A stretch of DNA of 64,000 bases. Origin: Amoebophrya sp. A120. Lineage: Eukaryota; Protista; Dinoflagellata. The translations under genes and the position numbers were made by a program. The notes beneath the pieces were generated by a model. The model ran no database searches. It was not told the origin of the DNA and saw nothing but the letters and a program-made list of their open reading frames with translations. Location: positions 1,284,709 through 1,348,708 of the forward strand of contig CAJINV010000010.1 of NCBI GenBank assembly GCA_905178155.1, written 5' to 3'. Shown in pieces: positions 61,745 to 64,000 of the stretch. Position 1 is the stretch's first letter, and every line of letters starts with the position of its first letter.

Positions 61745-63107
61745 GAGCCGACGGTGGGGAGTGCAGTGGCATATGGTTTAGAGCGGGGGCGAATTCGTCT
61801 TGAAGAGTGGGTTTGGGGCTACTGCCTCGCAGCCGGCGCAAAGAAACTGTAACAGGAGAAAAGCCGGCACACTGTTCAGGGCTTGAGCCTGGCCACTACA
61901 AAACAACACCAGCCTCGCCGGGCGAAGCCGCTGGGCCTGGCCTGAAACGGCCCGGAGTTTGGCTACTGTCTGCGCTGCGGCGTGTTTCCAGGCCGCGCCA
62001 TACTACAAGGCGCGCCAGTGGAGTTTTTGTGTCAGATCTCTCTGCTGCGCGTCTGCATGAAAAGAACGTTGCGACGGTGCCACACGACAGGGCCGCCGGC
62101 TTTCGTCCGCGCCAGCCCTCACTCGCGGTCCCAGTTTGGGACTGGCGCAGCGAAATTGCCTGTACTCCGCGGGGGGGCAAGAGCTGTTTTTCGTGTGTTG
62201 TAGATTGTTCCTTTTTTTTGTTCCGTCTGGGTCTACTACTTCGCCGCCCGATGGTATACCCGACGCGGGCTTGCAAATCTCCGCTGACGCCGGATTGCAA
62301 ATCTTCGCTGTCCGAGTTCTCATCTCCGCGCCGATCCCCTGTTCGGATCCCCGGTTCTGATCCATTTTCTATTTGAAATTGGATCAGAACAGGGGATCAG
62401 AACAGGGGATCAAAACAAGGGATCAGAACAGGGGATCAGAACAGGGGATCAGAACAGGGGACCCGAACAGGGGATCCGGAACCGGCTTGGGAAACGGACA
62501 TCAAAATAGCACATTTGTGTCGCGGTTTCGGATTTGGTTTTTTTGCAGCTTGCTGGCCAGCCGCGGTGCCTGGCCTGGCTGATTCTGGCCCGGGGGCCTT
62601 CTGCTCGGGCTTCTCGTGTTTTGGAAATTGTCAGCAATCTGCCATAGCAATAGCGGCGAATCTGGTCGCAGGGGTCATGTTGCTGAAACATGTGCGCCAG
62701 TGCCGGCACGCTTTACATACGGGCGCTGCGGCAGCTCGCCGCCGACCGCATGCGGCGGCTTTTTCCAAAAGGCGTTTGCGGACTTGCGTCGGGCTTGATG
62801 CTTTTGAATATGAGTGAAGAGAAGTTGCGTGAAGAGCTTTGCATTGCATAGGACAGGGTGGGAGGGTGGTTTGTGTGTGATGATCAGAGCTGACACATGT
62901 TGGCAACTAGGCCTCACCCAAGTGCTTTCTTGCTCTTCGTCCGAGAGCGAAGACGAGCACAAACTCCGCCGGGCATTCTCATGGCTCGGCGCTAACCCTC
63001 CGCTTCAGCCACCGAGCAATCTTTCTTTCCGTCTCGGCGCGCTTGCCGCCTCAAAAAAATTTCAAAAATAAAAAAATCCCAGCGTTTTTGAACGTTTTTG
63101 AACACTG
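61644..63107. mobile_element. Non-autonomous TIR element with hAT-like termini, between 43-bp direct repeats
   Basis: Left end TAGGGTCAAAAGTACTCAAAATCGCTGGGATTTTTTT; right end (reverse complement) CAGTGTTCAAAAACGTTCAAAAACGCTGGGATTTTTTT. 61598-61640 matches 63136-63178 with 1 mismatch. Confidence 0.75.
62333..62478. repeat. 14-bp array (GGATCAGAACAGGG) x~7 preceded by two inverted copies, forming a hairpin
   Basis: Directly visible. Confidence 0.85.
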
Positions 63108-64000
63108 GTCATGCGCTAGGGGCCTGCCCAACTTGAGAACTACTGACCCGCGCCACGACCACGAGCAGAGCCGCGCTGGCTCGCCATCAAGTAGCCAAGA
63201 GAACTATAGTACTTGCAGCAACTAGAGCCAAACCTGGAACCGAACAAGGCTCAAAGAAGGCTACTTGCTTTATTTCTGAAATCTGCATGCTACTGTGGTG
63301 CAGACTAGGCTCAAACCTGGGCCAAGAAGGATCAAATCTCTAGAGATGACCTTTTTTTTCCTAATTTTCCTTGGTGAATCACCACGCTCCTGCGAAAAAA
63401 GATTGATAACGATTAGGGCGAACGCCTCTAGAGCTCAAAAACCTGTAGAGCTCAATCGCTAGAGCTGAATCTCTACAGCTGTTTGGTGATGTTCTAGAGC
63501 CTAAGCTCTACAGCTTCCGCCTATAGCGAGCACCTACAGCTCGACAGCCAAAAGGCTTTTTTATCGTTTCTCACACTAATCAGCTGCAGCTACCCGGCCG
63601 GTCTGTTCCTGTTGCCCCTGGTGCTTGCCTAGGAAGCCCAACACCGGGAGCACAGAAGCAACGAACCAAACGCGGTGGGGCTGGGGCTAATTCATCAGAA
63701 ACAACCAGCCGCATGGCTGTTGCCTCCATGCTGTGAGGCGTGGCCGCCGGTGCCGAGAGTAAAACTCAAAAACATAAACAGCACTGGCAGGCGTGCCTCT
63801 TACTTAGATTTGTTGGGAGGCAACCACCAGCAGCTGCGTGGTCCTGCTGCTTGCTACAGGGTATCGGGCCAAGTAGCCTCGCCGAAGGGCAGCCCGGATG
63901 GAAAAGCATGCACACAACAAGCCCAAGACCATACGCAAGAGAAACTTTCGGCGCACAGCGGCAGGCTGATGCGAAGGCAACAGATGTGAGCCGCCGCAGA

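Overview
Eukaryotic, intron-rich protist DNA. It is most likely a parasitic dinoflagellate/Syndiniales such as Amoebophrya; this is inferred from intron architecture and gene order, not from a search. About 12 protein-coding genes lie head-to-tail, all on the + strand: a partial hypothetical gene, a collagen-like (GEN)33 protein, ABCF3/GCN20, a PHB-depolymerase/LpqP-type esterase, Zim17/DNLZ, a DHCR24/TmsA-like FAD oxidoreductase, two tandem threonyl-tRNA synthetases, a FAF1-type UBX protein, V-ATPase subunit F, RAB3GAP1 and a hypothetical protein. The dominant feature is 46 exon-inserted, MITE-like 'introner' elements of 145-334 bp from at least 10 TIR types. Nearly all start TAT and end ATA, are flanked by a 5-nt direct repeat, generally lack GT-AG, and occur in either orientation. 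Removing the element plus one repeat copy restores the reading frame and conserved motifs. Potentially new points: (1) mismatches between the two 5-nt repeat copies are mostly synonymous or conservative, suggesting both copies can be coding; (2) one TTGTNATGC motif is shared by unrelated introner families and many GT-AG introns; (3) the ThrRS paralogues share 6 of 6 canonical introns but 0 of 11 introners; (4) one-ended introner remnants sit next to 37-41 bp flank duplications; (5) separate 1.2-1.5 kb GC-rich elements carry internal palindromes and short tandem arrays. All splice models were built by hand and need RNA confirmation.
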